This document shows, in pieces, positions 1 to 8,287 of a stretch of 26,121 bases of DNA. The translations under genes were made by a program, and so were the position numbers. Within the stretch, counting starts at the first letter, position 1. Every line of letters begins with the position of its first letter. This DNA is from an uncultured archaeon. GTDB taxonomy: Archaea > Asgardarchaeota > Lokiarchaeia > Sigyniarchaeales > SOKP01. The notes under the pieces were generated by a model. The model made no database searches and was not told the DNA's origin. It saw only the letters and a program-made list of their open reading frames with translations. The DNA is taken from NCBI GenBank assembly GCA_964525635.1, contig CAZGJX010000052.1:1632-27752 (forward strand), given 5' to 3'.

Positions 1-153
1 GAATAAAAAATACACTCAAAGTATTACATCTCATAGAAAAAAATAAAATTAGTGTAAATTCATAGTTGTCGTTTTTCTAGATTAGCATTAAGAGAATGGA
101 ATAAAAAATACACTCAAAGTATTACATCTCATAGAAAAAAATAAAATTAGTGT
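1..153. repeat. Exact direct repeat of at least 55 bp (1-55 and 99-153), 98-bp period; may continue beyond the left edge
   Basis: GAATAAAAAATACACTCAAAGTATTACATCTCATAGAAAAAAATAAAATTAGTGT occurs identically twice, separated by 43 nt. Confidence 0.95.
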
Positions 154-242
154 TCTTATTTCTTATATTTTATCTATATAAATGTATTTCAATAAAAAAA
201 CTATATATTATTTAATTTTTATTCTATATTTAAGTGATAGAG

Positions 243-767
243 ATGAAAAATAAAAAACCCGATGATAATGATAAGGACGAATTAATAGATGAATATTTTA
301 ATATGGGTTATATAGAATATAAATTAGAAAATTTTTTTGAAGCATTAAAATGTTTTAATGAAGTGATAAAACTGAATCCTAATTCAACAGAAGCGTGGTA
401 TATGAGAGGTAAGACATTAAACCTTCTTAATAAATATAAAGAATCAATTAAAAGTTTTAAAAAAGCTGTTGATTTAGAACCTGATGATTACGATATCCGA
501 TTTACTAAGGGATTGGCTATATTGTTATATGAATATTATAAAAAACAGATAAAGGAATATGATTATATATTAGAAAATAGTCCAGATGATGTTGATTTAT
601 TATTTAAGAAAGGACTTGCTTTTGAATACATTGAAAAATATGATGTAGCTATTTTTTGTTATGATGAGGCGCTTAAGTATGAGCCAACTTCTGAAAAAAT
701 TTTAAAGGCAAAAGCAAGGGCTAAAAATTCTTTAGAACAATCTAAGGAATCTATTATAAGTCAATAA
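243..767 (+). CDS. Tetratricopeptide repeat protein
   Basis: TPR patterns (EALKCFNEVIKLNP; AWYMRGKTL...FKKAVDLEP; KKGLAFE...YDEALKYEP); ATG at 243 preferred over GTG at 234. Confidence 0.9.
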   Translation: MKNKKPDDNDKDELIDEYFNMGYIEYKLENFFEALKCFNEVIKLNPNSTEAWYMRGKTLNLLNKYKESIKSFKKAVDLEPDDYDIRFTKGLAILLYEYYKKQIKEYDYILENSPDDVDLLFKKGLAFEYIEKYDVAIFCYDEALKYEPTSEKILKAKARAKNSLEQSKESIISQ

Positions 768-837
768 AAGAAAATTCATATTTATAAAGTAATATAAATA
801 ATTAGAGATTACTCTTGAGTTTTACTTTTATTTTAAA

Positions 838-2505
838 TTATTCTATCTTTCGCAAAAGTTTAGGAGCTATTGAATTTTCCATACTATCATAAAATGAAGA
901 ATAATATTTTTGATAGAATTCGATTTTCTTTATTAAAAAATTCTCTTTATCCTCATTTACTATTTCTCCTTCTGTCCAATAAATCAAACCATCATTATTA
1001 AGATCAATATCTTCTTTTTTTTTAATTATTATACCATTTTTTATTACATAGTTAAGATTATAAAGAGCTTTTTTTAATATCTCATAATTTTTTTCTATAT
1101 CAATTTCTTCTAAATTAATATCTAAGATATTTAAATCTCCATCTGCTCCTTCTGAAAAACTTCCTTTATATTGTGATATACCTAAGGATTTCGCAGGGCT
1201 AGCTCTTGTAATGATGACATAATCTTTAAAATCGAGTATTTTATCACTATTATATAATAGAGAATCGCCCAAAAATTCATTGTTCATTTCTTTCATGAAA
1301 TCTTGTCTAGCATTTTTACTTAATAACCAAGTGGCTATATCTGGTATTTTATTGACATGAGAATAATGTGGAAAGTTTAGAGAAAGTTGAATTTGCCATT
1401 TATTTTTTATATTTAAAGCTAATTCAATTGAATTTGACCATAATATGCAATGGAGATAATTTAATTTACTAAATCTTCTGAAACTTTCAAATGTATCACC
1501 TTCCAATTCAATTGCATTTTTAATTATTTTGTTTGGATTATTATCATGATTATTCATTAGGTTATTAATAAAGCGTCTATCTGAAGTAATTATTGGATTT
1601 AGATCATCAAAAGTAATGAATCCTAAATCAAGGTCTATTGTTTTTGATCTATTTAGAAGATCTATTAAATTATTATTATCCCCATCAATATTATATGAAT
1701 TACCATGAGCTAAATGAAAAATTTGCTGTCGATTTAATTTTGAGTTATTTTTACCATTTAACTCAATTTTGTTTATTTTCTCTAAAATTAGTTCTATATT
1801 TTTTTTCCCCTCTAATTGTTCATATCCCTCGATATGAGCGTGAATTGAATGGGGTAACTTCAATTTTTCAGCACATCTAGTAAGAATTTCATAAATGTCT
1901 AAGGCAGAAAAATTATATAATTTTCCCTTTTCATCAATGTTCTCTCTTAATTTATTAAAATTCCAATCTTCTGCTTCAAACGGATTATATACTTTAATTC
2001 CAAATCCTTTACATTTCAACAAGAGATCTGATATAAAATATGAAATATCATCGATTTTCTTTTTTTCAAATTCGAATTCTAAAGCCCATAAATTACTGAC
2101 ATTTAATAACATTCCTTTATCTAAAACCGGCAAATTAATAAGATTGAATATAGTTTGCTTAGAAAGTGATGGATATACATTTGCTTCTATTACAAAAGTA
2201 TAACCATTAGTAATATAACTTTTCGCAATATAATCTAGCGTAAGACCTTTCCATAAGGTAAAAAATTCTTCATTTTTAGAACCCAAAAGTCTTATCCAAT
2301 TAACTTGTTGTGAGGCGATATGGGCATGAATATCAATGGCAGATGGGATAATAGTTTTTCCATTTGCATTGATTTCTTTTATATTATTTTCAGAAGTAAA
2401 TTTTTCAACAATTTTCCCTTTTTCAATTAAAATATCTTTTTTTTCTCCATTTATATTATTAAGTGGATCAAATACATTTCCATTCCTAACAATAAGTTTT
2501 TCCAT
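838..2505 (-). CDS. fwdA: Formylmethanofuran dehydrogenase subunit A-like amidohydrolase, divergent
   Basis: NGxVFDPLNxIxGExxDI start, DIHAH, GIKVYNP, LPHSIHAH, ITRxxPAKxLG, GADGD and C-terminal YYS match FwdA; the canonical LTTDxPN is LSLNFPH. Confidence 0.88.
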   Translation of the reverse strand: MEKLIVRNGNVFDPLNNINGEKKDILIEKGKIVEKFTSENNIKEINANGKTIIPSAIDIHAHIASQQVNWIRLLGSKNEEFFTLWKGLTLDYIAKSYITNGYTFVIEANVYPSLSKQTIFNLINLPVLDKGMLLNVSNLWALEFEFEKKKIDDISYFISDLLLKCKGFGIKVYNPFEAEDWNFNKLRENIDEKGKLYNFSALDIYEILTRCAEKLKLPHSIHAHIEGYEQLEGKKNIELILEKINKIELNGKNNSKLNRQQIFHLAHGNSYNIDGDNNNLIDLLNRSKTIDLDLGFITFDDLNPIITSDRRFINNLMNNHDNNPNKIIKNAIELEGDTFESFRRFSKLNYLHCILWSNSIELALNIKNKWQIQLSLNFPHYSHVNKIPDIATWLLSKNARQDFMKEMNNEFLGDSLLYNSDKILDFKDYVIITRASPAKSLGISQYKGSFSEGADGDLNILDINLEEIDIEKNYEILKKALYNLNYVIKNGIIIKKKEDIDLNNDGLIYWTEGEIVNEDKENFLIKKIEFYQKYYSSFYDSMENSIAPKLLRKIE

Positions 2506-2526
2506 TTTTTTTACACCTTTAAGATA

Positions 2527-2898
2527 TTATATCTTCAAATTTTTAATTATATCATCAAATTTTGTGATCTGATCTCGGGTACCTTCAACTTGTATTTTAA
2601 TGTTTTTATATATAATATCTCCATTTATTGTATAAGTTAATTGATTTGACCATATTGAAACAGGCATTAATATTATTCCCTTAGGAAGATTTTCATTTTG
2701 CTTAAACTTAACAATAATATCTCCATATTTATTAGATAAATGCAAATTTAAACTTGGGACTAAATACATTTCTTTAAAATCTTTTGAATTAATAAAACTA
2801 ATAGCTAATTTCTCTCCGATAGATTCTATCTCGCTCTCTGTAAATTCAAATGCTTGATCATAATCAATCATCCTAACTATATTTAATAACATTTCCAT
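2527..2898 (-). CDS. fwdD: FwdD-like molybdopterin-dinucleotide-binding subunit, divergent
   Basis: 123 aa; SNKYGDIIV, KGIILMPVSIWSN and YKNIKIQVE follow the FwdD pattern; lies between fwdB and fwdA. Confidence 0.75.
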   Translation of the reverse strand: MEMLLNIVRMIDYDQAFEFTESEIESIGEKLAISFINSKDFKEMYLVPSLNLHLSNKYGDIIVKFKQNENLPKGIILMPVSIWSNQLTYTINGDIIYKNIKIQVEGTRDQITKFDDIIKNLKI

Positions 2899-2900
2899 AT

Positions 2901-4223
2901 CTAATCACTATTCACATTATTTTTATCTAACTTACTTATAATCTTATCTAATAATTCTTCATCATTAGGAATATCATTTGGTGGATTCATTATTTTTTTT
3001 AATTTAATGGGTACATGATCAAACCTAAAAGCTAGGCCCTCAGATTCAATACCTGTAATAGCAGTAGGTAAAACAATATCTGCTACAAAATAAGTACCAG
3101 ATTTTCTATTGTCAATTAAGATTATAGGTCTTGATGTCAAAATCTTACTTATTTCACTTGGGAAATGAGAAATGGCATCTGTTCCTACAATGATAGAAAG
3201 ATCAAAATCTCTTTCTTTAATTTTAGAAATGATATTCATTTTTGTTTGAATTAATTTTCTATTCTGAAATTGAATATTTTGGTTTTTTCCTATATATGAC
3301 AGTGCTATATGTTCAAAACCAGCCATATTATAATGTCCGCCCATCATAACTGTAGAAATACGACCATTTTTATTCTTATTATTTATTATATCTATTAAGT
3401 CTAATAATTTTTCTAGAGGATTACCATCTTTTTGAATTTTTAATAATCCCTGTCCAATAAAAATGACTATATTTTCAGAATTTAAAAGATAAGTAATAAA
3501 TCTCTTTATATCCTCTTTATCTATCCCTGCGGTACCCTCATTTGGTAATTTTATATTATTTTTACATATTTTTTTCAATATTTTAATCAGATCTATATCT
3601 TTATCTGGTTCAACAATTAAAGCAAGATCCTTCGTTCCTAAAACTTTAAATGAAGCATTTTTATATGTATCAATTATAATAAGAGTTTTTATTTCTCTTC
3701 CTGTTAATCTAAATTTACCTCTTGAAAATAATACCTTACTTAATAATCGAGGAATAGATTCTACTGCATTAAAACCCCATAAAATAATAACATCTGATTT
3801 ATTAATGATTTCTGTTAGAGTAATTGTAGTAATACCTTTTTTTTTTGCAGAATTTAATACTTTACCCTGACATATTGTTGAATTAGAATCTATAAATCCA
3901 TTTATTTTTTGGGCCAATTTTATAGCTTTTAATTGAGTTTCGCAAGATGTTGTAGAAAATCCATATAAAATTGGATTTAAAGAACCCTTAATTAATTTAA
4001 TTGTTTTTTTTATTGCTTCATCCCATTCTACTTTAACTAATTCATTATTTTGTCTAATATATGGCGATAAAATTCTATTTTTCGAATTTCTTTGTTCAAA
4101 TTTTTGTATACCCTTCAAACAAGCGCCAATAATATCATAATTTGATTTATCTTTTTCTATAACAATAATATCATCACATAATAATGAGCACCCAGAACAA
4201 GGAACTCTCTTATCTTCATTCAT
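2901..4223 (-). CDS. fwdB: Formylmethanofuran dehydrogenase subunit B-like, divergent
   Basis: CSGCSLLCDDI...GAC 4Fe-4S motif, PILYGFS, IDSNSTICQG, DVIILWG, GHYN, ADIVLPTAITGIESEGLAFRFDHVPI. Confidence 0.9.
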   Translation of the reverse strand: MNEDKRVPCSGCSLLCDDIIVIEKDKSNYDIIGACLKGIQKFEQRNSKNRILSPYIRQNNELVKVEWDEAIKKTIKLIKGSLNPILYGFSTTSCETQLKAIKLAQKINGFIDSNSTICQGKVLNSAKKKGITTITLTEIINKSDVIILWGFNAVESIPRLLSKVLFSRGKFRLTGREIKTLIIIDTYKNASFKVLGTKDLALIVEPDKDIDLIKILKKICKNNIKLPNEGTAGIDKEDIKRFITYLLNSENIVIFIGQGLLKIQKDGNPLEKLLDLIDIINNKNKNGRISTVMMGGHYNMAGFEHIALSYIGKNQNIQFQNRKLIQTKMNIISKIKERDFDLSIIVGTDAISHFPSEISKILTSRPIILIDNRKSGTYFVADIVLPTAITGIESEGLAFRFDHVPIKLKKIMNPPNDIPNDEELLDKIISKLDKNNVNSD

Positions 4224-4273
4224 AATTTTTAATTTAGTTTTCTATTTTTATAGGATTTAAATAATTTTATTTC

Positions 4274-4768
4274 CTAATTATATTCTATTTTAATTGCTTC
4301 ACGGGGGCAATAAGTCTCACATATTCTACATTCTCTCTCACGACCCTCTGTTGCTAATCTTCGACAATGCTCTAAATTTAATAATTCACATTTACCTTGT
4401 TTTATTAAAAATAATTGATGTTTATCTGGAGGATAGTCTGGAGTTTTACCACTTAAAATTGAATAACAATATCTTGCATTAACAGGACATGCAATTATAC
4501 ATATCCCACATGCATCACATTTTTCATTATCAATATTAATTTTTAATTCTTTTTTTATTCCCTCTTCTCCTTCTAACAGTTCTTTTAATTTATTGTATCC
4601 TGTTTTATATTTAGATTCTTCAATCAGAGGCGTGCATTCCTCAATCTTTACTGTTCCCTTTAACAATTCTAAAGCAAAAGCCATACAACTTGGCTTCCCA
4701 CATTTTTTACAATTAGTTTGAGGTAGAAATTTATATAATTCCATAAAATTTTTTGGTGGAATAATCAT
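4274..4768 (-). CDS. Fe-S cluster domain (AcsC/RnfB N-terminal type) fused to an FwdG-like 2x[4Fe-4S] ferredoxin
   Basis: LPQTNCKKCGKPSCMAFA...ECTPL, then CDACGICIIACPVNA..SGKTP (FwdG-like) and C..(insert)..CRICETYCP. Confidence 0.82.
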   Translation of the reverse strand: MIIPPKNFMELYKFLPQTNCKKCGKPSCMAFALELLKGTVKIEECTPLIEESKYKTGYNKLKELLEGEEGIKKELKINIDNEKCDACGICIIACPVNARYCYSILSGKTPDYPPDKHQLFLIKQGKCELLNLEHCRRLATEGRERECRICETYCPREAIKIEYN

Positions 4769-4866
4769 TACCTCATATATTTTATTTTTAGACGATTATT
4801 TAGTTGATTAAGAGGTATTAATATTTTAATTCTTTGCCTTTTAAGGAAAATTCTCTCTATTTATAT

Positions 4867-4900
4867 TAAAAAATTAAAATTAATTAATTTTAATTTTTTA
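4867..4900. promoter_or_regulatory. Perfect 34-bp A/T-only palindrome in the divergent fwd/Rab intergenic region
   Basis: TAAAAAATTAAAATTAATTAATTTTAATTTTTTA equals its own reverse complement; the regulatory role is inferred. Confidence 0.5.
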
Positions 4901-5142
4901 TAGTAGAAATCTCTTTCCTATTTATTATTAATAGAGCATAAATATAATAATTGAAATATTGCTTTTTATAACTCTTTTAATCAATAAATTAATTAAATTA
5001 AAAGAAGTTTATAAGAGTTAAATAAATATAAAAATGTAAATTATTATTTATCATATTAATAGATTCATTTTTTAATTATTGAATTCCTTTTAATATAACT
5101 TATAACAATAACAAGGTTAAAAAAAATATCCATGGTTTTCAA

Positions 5143-5700
5143 ATGTCAAAATTTTCCAATCGACTTTATAAGATTTGTATTGTAGGTGATGGTGGAGTAG
5201 GTAAAACTACCATATTACATCGATTTGTTGATGGCATTTTTCTAGAGAATACAAAATTAACAATTGGGACAAATTTCTTTTTAAAATCCGTTGAATTACC
5301 AGATGAAAATATTAAAGTCACTTTACAAATATGGGATTTAGGCGGTCAAGATCGGTTCGCTGTCATACGACCTAATTTTTATGGAGGTACAAAAGGTATT
5401 ATTTACGTTTTTGACTTAACAAGACGGTTATCGCTATTGAATCTTTCGAAATGGAAAAAGGAAATAGAGCATGCAATAGGCCCCAAACCATGTCTTCTTC
5501 TTGGAAATAAAGTGGATTTGTTAAATGAACTTGGTGAAAGAGTAATATCCAAGGAAGAAAGTGAATCTACTAGAAAAAAACTTAATGCTTATAGTTTCAT
5601 AGAAACAAGTGCAAAAGATAATATAGGGATAGATAAAACATTTTCAATTTTCGCAAGGTTAATATACAATTCCATGAAGGTAATACCCTCTAAAAACTAA
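5143..5700 (+). CDS. Rab-like small GTPase
   Basis: G1 GDGGVGKT, G2 TIG, G3 WDLGGQ, G4 NKVD, G5 ETSAK; RabF-like IGTNF, TLQIW, RF, FYGG, VFDLT; no C-terminal prenylation Cys. Confidence 0.93.
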   Translation: MSKFSNRLYKICIVGDGGVGKTTILHRFVDGIFLENTKLTIGTNFFLKSVELPDENIKVTLQIWDLGGQDRFAVIRPNFYGGTKGIIYVFDLTRRLSLLNLSKWKKEIEHAIGPKPCLLLGNKVDLLNELGERVISKEESESTRKKLNAYSFIETSAKDNIGIDKTFSIFARLIYNSMKVIPSKN

Positions 5701-5813
5701 AATTTACAAAATAATTGAATATTGTTATTAACTCATTTTAATTATATAAATTTAGATATATTCAGAAAATGGTTAAATAATTATTAAATTGAATTGAACT
5801 ACCACTCCCTAAA

Positions 5814-7116
5814 CAGTACCGAGTATTTTTTATTACATTTTTTCTCACCCCATTCATTCTATTCATATTTGTTAAGAACATAGTAATTTTTCTAGATAAA
5901 AACGTATCCAAGTAATACTAAACCATAATGATTGTTGCCTTGAAGTAAATGCTTCTCTTATTTGAGAGATATGTGTCCAAATAAGATAAGTCTGCCAATA
6001 ATTCCATAATAATACGGCAATAAGATAAACTAAAAGACGTGTACTTAGAATCTTTGTACACGTGAAAATCTGGAATTTATGTTTATCACGATATCCTGAT
6101 TCAATGCAAAAGCGGTGTTTATATAATGCATCTGCTTTTTGTGGAATAATTACCCAATCTGGAGATTTTATTATGGTTCTTTTCTCTCCATGAACCTTTT
6201 TCGGGCAAATATCAATGAAATTACTTTTAGTCTTTGATCTCCACGATCGAAATTCGATTGAGCGCCATTTCCTTCTCTTCTCCAAATTTGGAGAATTATA
6301 ATACTTTTCCAAATGTTCCTTTACCTTTTGAGTCCTCGATTTTTTTGTAAGAAATTTGATTCCTTTCTCTTTTAATAATGCGAAAACATCTATATGTGCA
6401 GGCTCTCCGTCAGGGACTATGGCTCCCGGCGGGGGGATTGCTTCAATGGACTCTATCAGTCTTTTTATTAGAGAAATAATCTTTTCATGTGGTGATCTAT
6501 GAAGAATTGCAATCGTAAAGCTTCCCTTTTTAGAATAGAGGTCCGCTGTAAGATATTCATAATAATAAGGTGTACTTCTCTTCACTCTTCCTTTTCTTAC
6601 ATGAGGGTTGTTAGGATTTCCATAATCACAATCTTGATGAAAATCTATAAAAATAATGCCTGATTGCAGTAATTGTTGTTGGATGGATTTTGGAGGGTTA
6701 ATAAACTGCCGTGCAAGGTCCTTATTAATGAAATGTGTCATTTCTCCTAAAGAAATCTACCGACAACACTTCATTATTTGTTCAGGGGAAGGAACTCTTT
6801 GTTCTTGGATGCGTGAAATGATACATCCTTGTTTAAGACTAATGTTATGAAGTGAAGCATATTCAAACATTTTAAAATAATCATGAGATTCGTACTTTTT
6901 TGTAGTAAAAGCAGGAATTTCCTTTAATAATTCAAGTTGAAGTAAATCTCTATGTAATTTCATTAAACTAGGGAGATTTTGCTTTAATAAAAAAAGGTCG
7001 TTCAGTCTTCCTCTTTTTTTCCTCTTTGATGTCATAAAAAAATGAATATTGTAGAAGATTTAAAGGTTTCAAAATAAGATTAAAAAAATGTGATTGTAAA
7101 AAAATATTCGGTACTG
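5814..7116 (-). mobile_element. ISH3-family (IS4-like, DDE) insertion sequence, 1303 bp
   Basis: 18-bp TIRs CAGTACCGA(G/A)TATTTTTT at 5814-5831 and 7099-7116 with 1 mismatch; 4-bp TSD TAAA at 5810-5813 and 7117-7120; higher GC than flanks; encloses a transposase. Confidence 0.9.
5872..7035 (-). pseudogene. DDE transposase interrupted by one in-frame TAG (6757-6759)
   Basis: ORFs 6757..7035 and 5872..6741 share a frame (KCCR*ISLGEMTHF); motifs IFIDFH..YG, DGE and YKHRFCIESGYR. Confidence 0.85.
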
Positions 7117-7217
7117 TAAAGAAAGTGGTCTTCTCGCAATTAATTGGTAAATTCACAACTTTAAAAATTAAATATTTTCATTATAAATATAATAATTTTT
7201 ATGTATATTACTTGAAT

Positions 7218-7490
7218 ATGAGTGAAAAAATAATTGATAAATTGAAACAAAAGGTAGAATATTTAGCAGAAAAATCATTTATAAAAGTAATAGAAAAAGC
7301 TTCTAAAGGATATTCATTAGAAATATTAATAAAATCATTAATTACTGATAAAATCATGGCTAAGCTTAAAATCTTAATTAAAAAGCCAGTTATTAAAAAA
7401 TCTTCTAAAATAATTGTAAAGAAAATAATAGATAGATTTTGGGAAAAGCATAAAGAGAGTTTAGAAAAAGTATTAATAAAATTGAAATAA
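7218..7490 (+). CDS. Small basic helical protein (90 aa), paralog of 8756-9060
   Basis: ATG 7218 preferred because the GTG at 7125 lies in the hairpin remnant; aligns with the 8756-9060 product (P-x-x-KK...V-x-K-x-ID-x-x-W). Confidence 0.8.
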   Translation: MSEKIIDKLKQKVEYLAEKSFIKVIEKASKGYSLEILIKSLITDKIMAKLKILIKKPVIKKSSKIIVKKIIDRFWEKHKESLEKVLIKLK

Positions 7491-7511
7491 TCTACACCAT
7501 TGAACGCAATA

Positions 7512-8259
7512 TTACTTAATATAAATAGTTAATTTTTGACAATAAATAACAAAATAATTAATAATCTCATTTATTAATATTATCCCTTTTTTTTTTAGAA
7601 GAGATTGTAGGATCTCCAAAATATCCTTCCGTTGTAAAATTACATAAAGGTATTTCATCATAGAATTTAGATAAATTAAAATTTTTTAATTTTGTTGAAT
7701 ATATCTTAGATAAATTTTTGTATTTTTTAACAAGTTTCTCATTCATAGCTAATATTAAACTGATTTCAATTTCTCCTCCATGAATAATATTTAAGATTAT
7801 CTTTGATTCAATAATATTTTTTATTTTATTTATTATTTCTATATCTTAAATATAAAAAGGTAAAGATTGGAATGAAGAATTCTCTGGTAATATATCTATT
7901 AGATCAGGAATTAAATTAACATTTTCTCCATATCCAATAATAATAAAAAGATTTTTGATGTTATTATCATGAGCTTTTTGAAAAATATTTACTACCTTTG
8001 AAATTCCTCATATGAAAACATATAGCTTTTTGGATTGGTTTTAAAACAGATCCATTAATTTTAGAAGAAAATACTTTTGAAATATAATAAGCAATAATGG
8101 AATCTGTATATAATGGAAGATGAGGTCCATGATATTCAATGGAACCTCAAGGTAACAGCCAATTTTTTTTTTTAATTTTTCCAGAAGTTAAATATTTCTG
8201 ATATCTTCTTAAACAATTTTTATTGTGTTCCACTTTTTCTCACATCTTAAGATAATTAT
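7512..8259 (-). pseudogene. Creatininase-family (MftE/ArfB-like) amidohydrolase pseudogene
   Basis: Manual translation gives LLP*GSIEYHGPHLPLYTDSIIA, IIIGYGEN, HGGEIEISLILA and GYFGDPTISSKKK. There are stops at 8147-8149 and 7846-7848 plus frameshifts, and an SD-like GGAGGAGGT at 8273-8265. Confidence 0.88.
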
Positions 8260-8287
8260 TGTTTACCTCCTCCAATTATTAAACTAA

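Larger units (their letters stand above)
5795..7151 (+). mobile_element. IS200/IS605-end-like hairpin remnant (about 50 bp when rejoined), split by the ISH3-type IS
   Basis: The empty site reads TGAACT-ACCACT-CCCTAAAGAA-AGTGGT-CTTCTCGCAATTAATTGGTAAA, and both termini recur at 22575-22767. Confidence 0.55.

Noticed and set aside
1-153. CRISPR array
   Set aside because: Only two visible copies, a repeat of at least 55 bp, and no cas genes in the window.
1638-2572. + strand ORFs 1638..1880, 1895..2203 and 2336..2572
   Set aside because: Antisense shadows of fwdA with no motifs. The same applies to 4294..4482, 6656..6850, 8424..8687, 12980..13444, 18810..19202, 19533..19862, 20100..20504, 21000..21188, 22187..22369, 22859..23092 and 24119..24322.
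3870-3872. Selenocysteine-containing FwdB
   Set aside because: The metal-ligand codon is TGT (Cys118) and the ORF has no internal TGA.
6968-7156. 62-aa minus-strand ORF
   Set aside because: It crosses the IS terminal repeat into flanking DNA and overlaps the transposase start in another frame.
7125-7217. N-terminal extension of ORF 7125..7490
   Set aside because: The GTG lies in the hairpin remnant and the extension is promoter-like AT-rich DNA; ATG 7218 fits the paralog length.
8147-8149. TGA in the creatininase frame read as selenocysteine
   Set aside because: The position is normally hydrophobic, and the gene has another stop and frameshifts.
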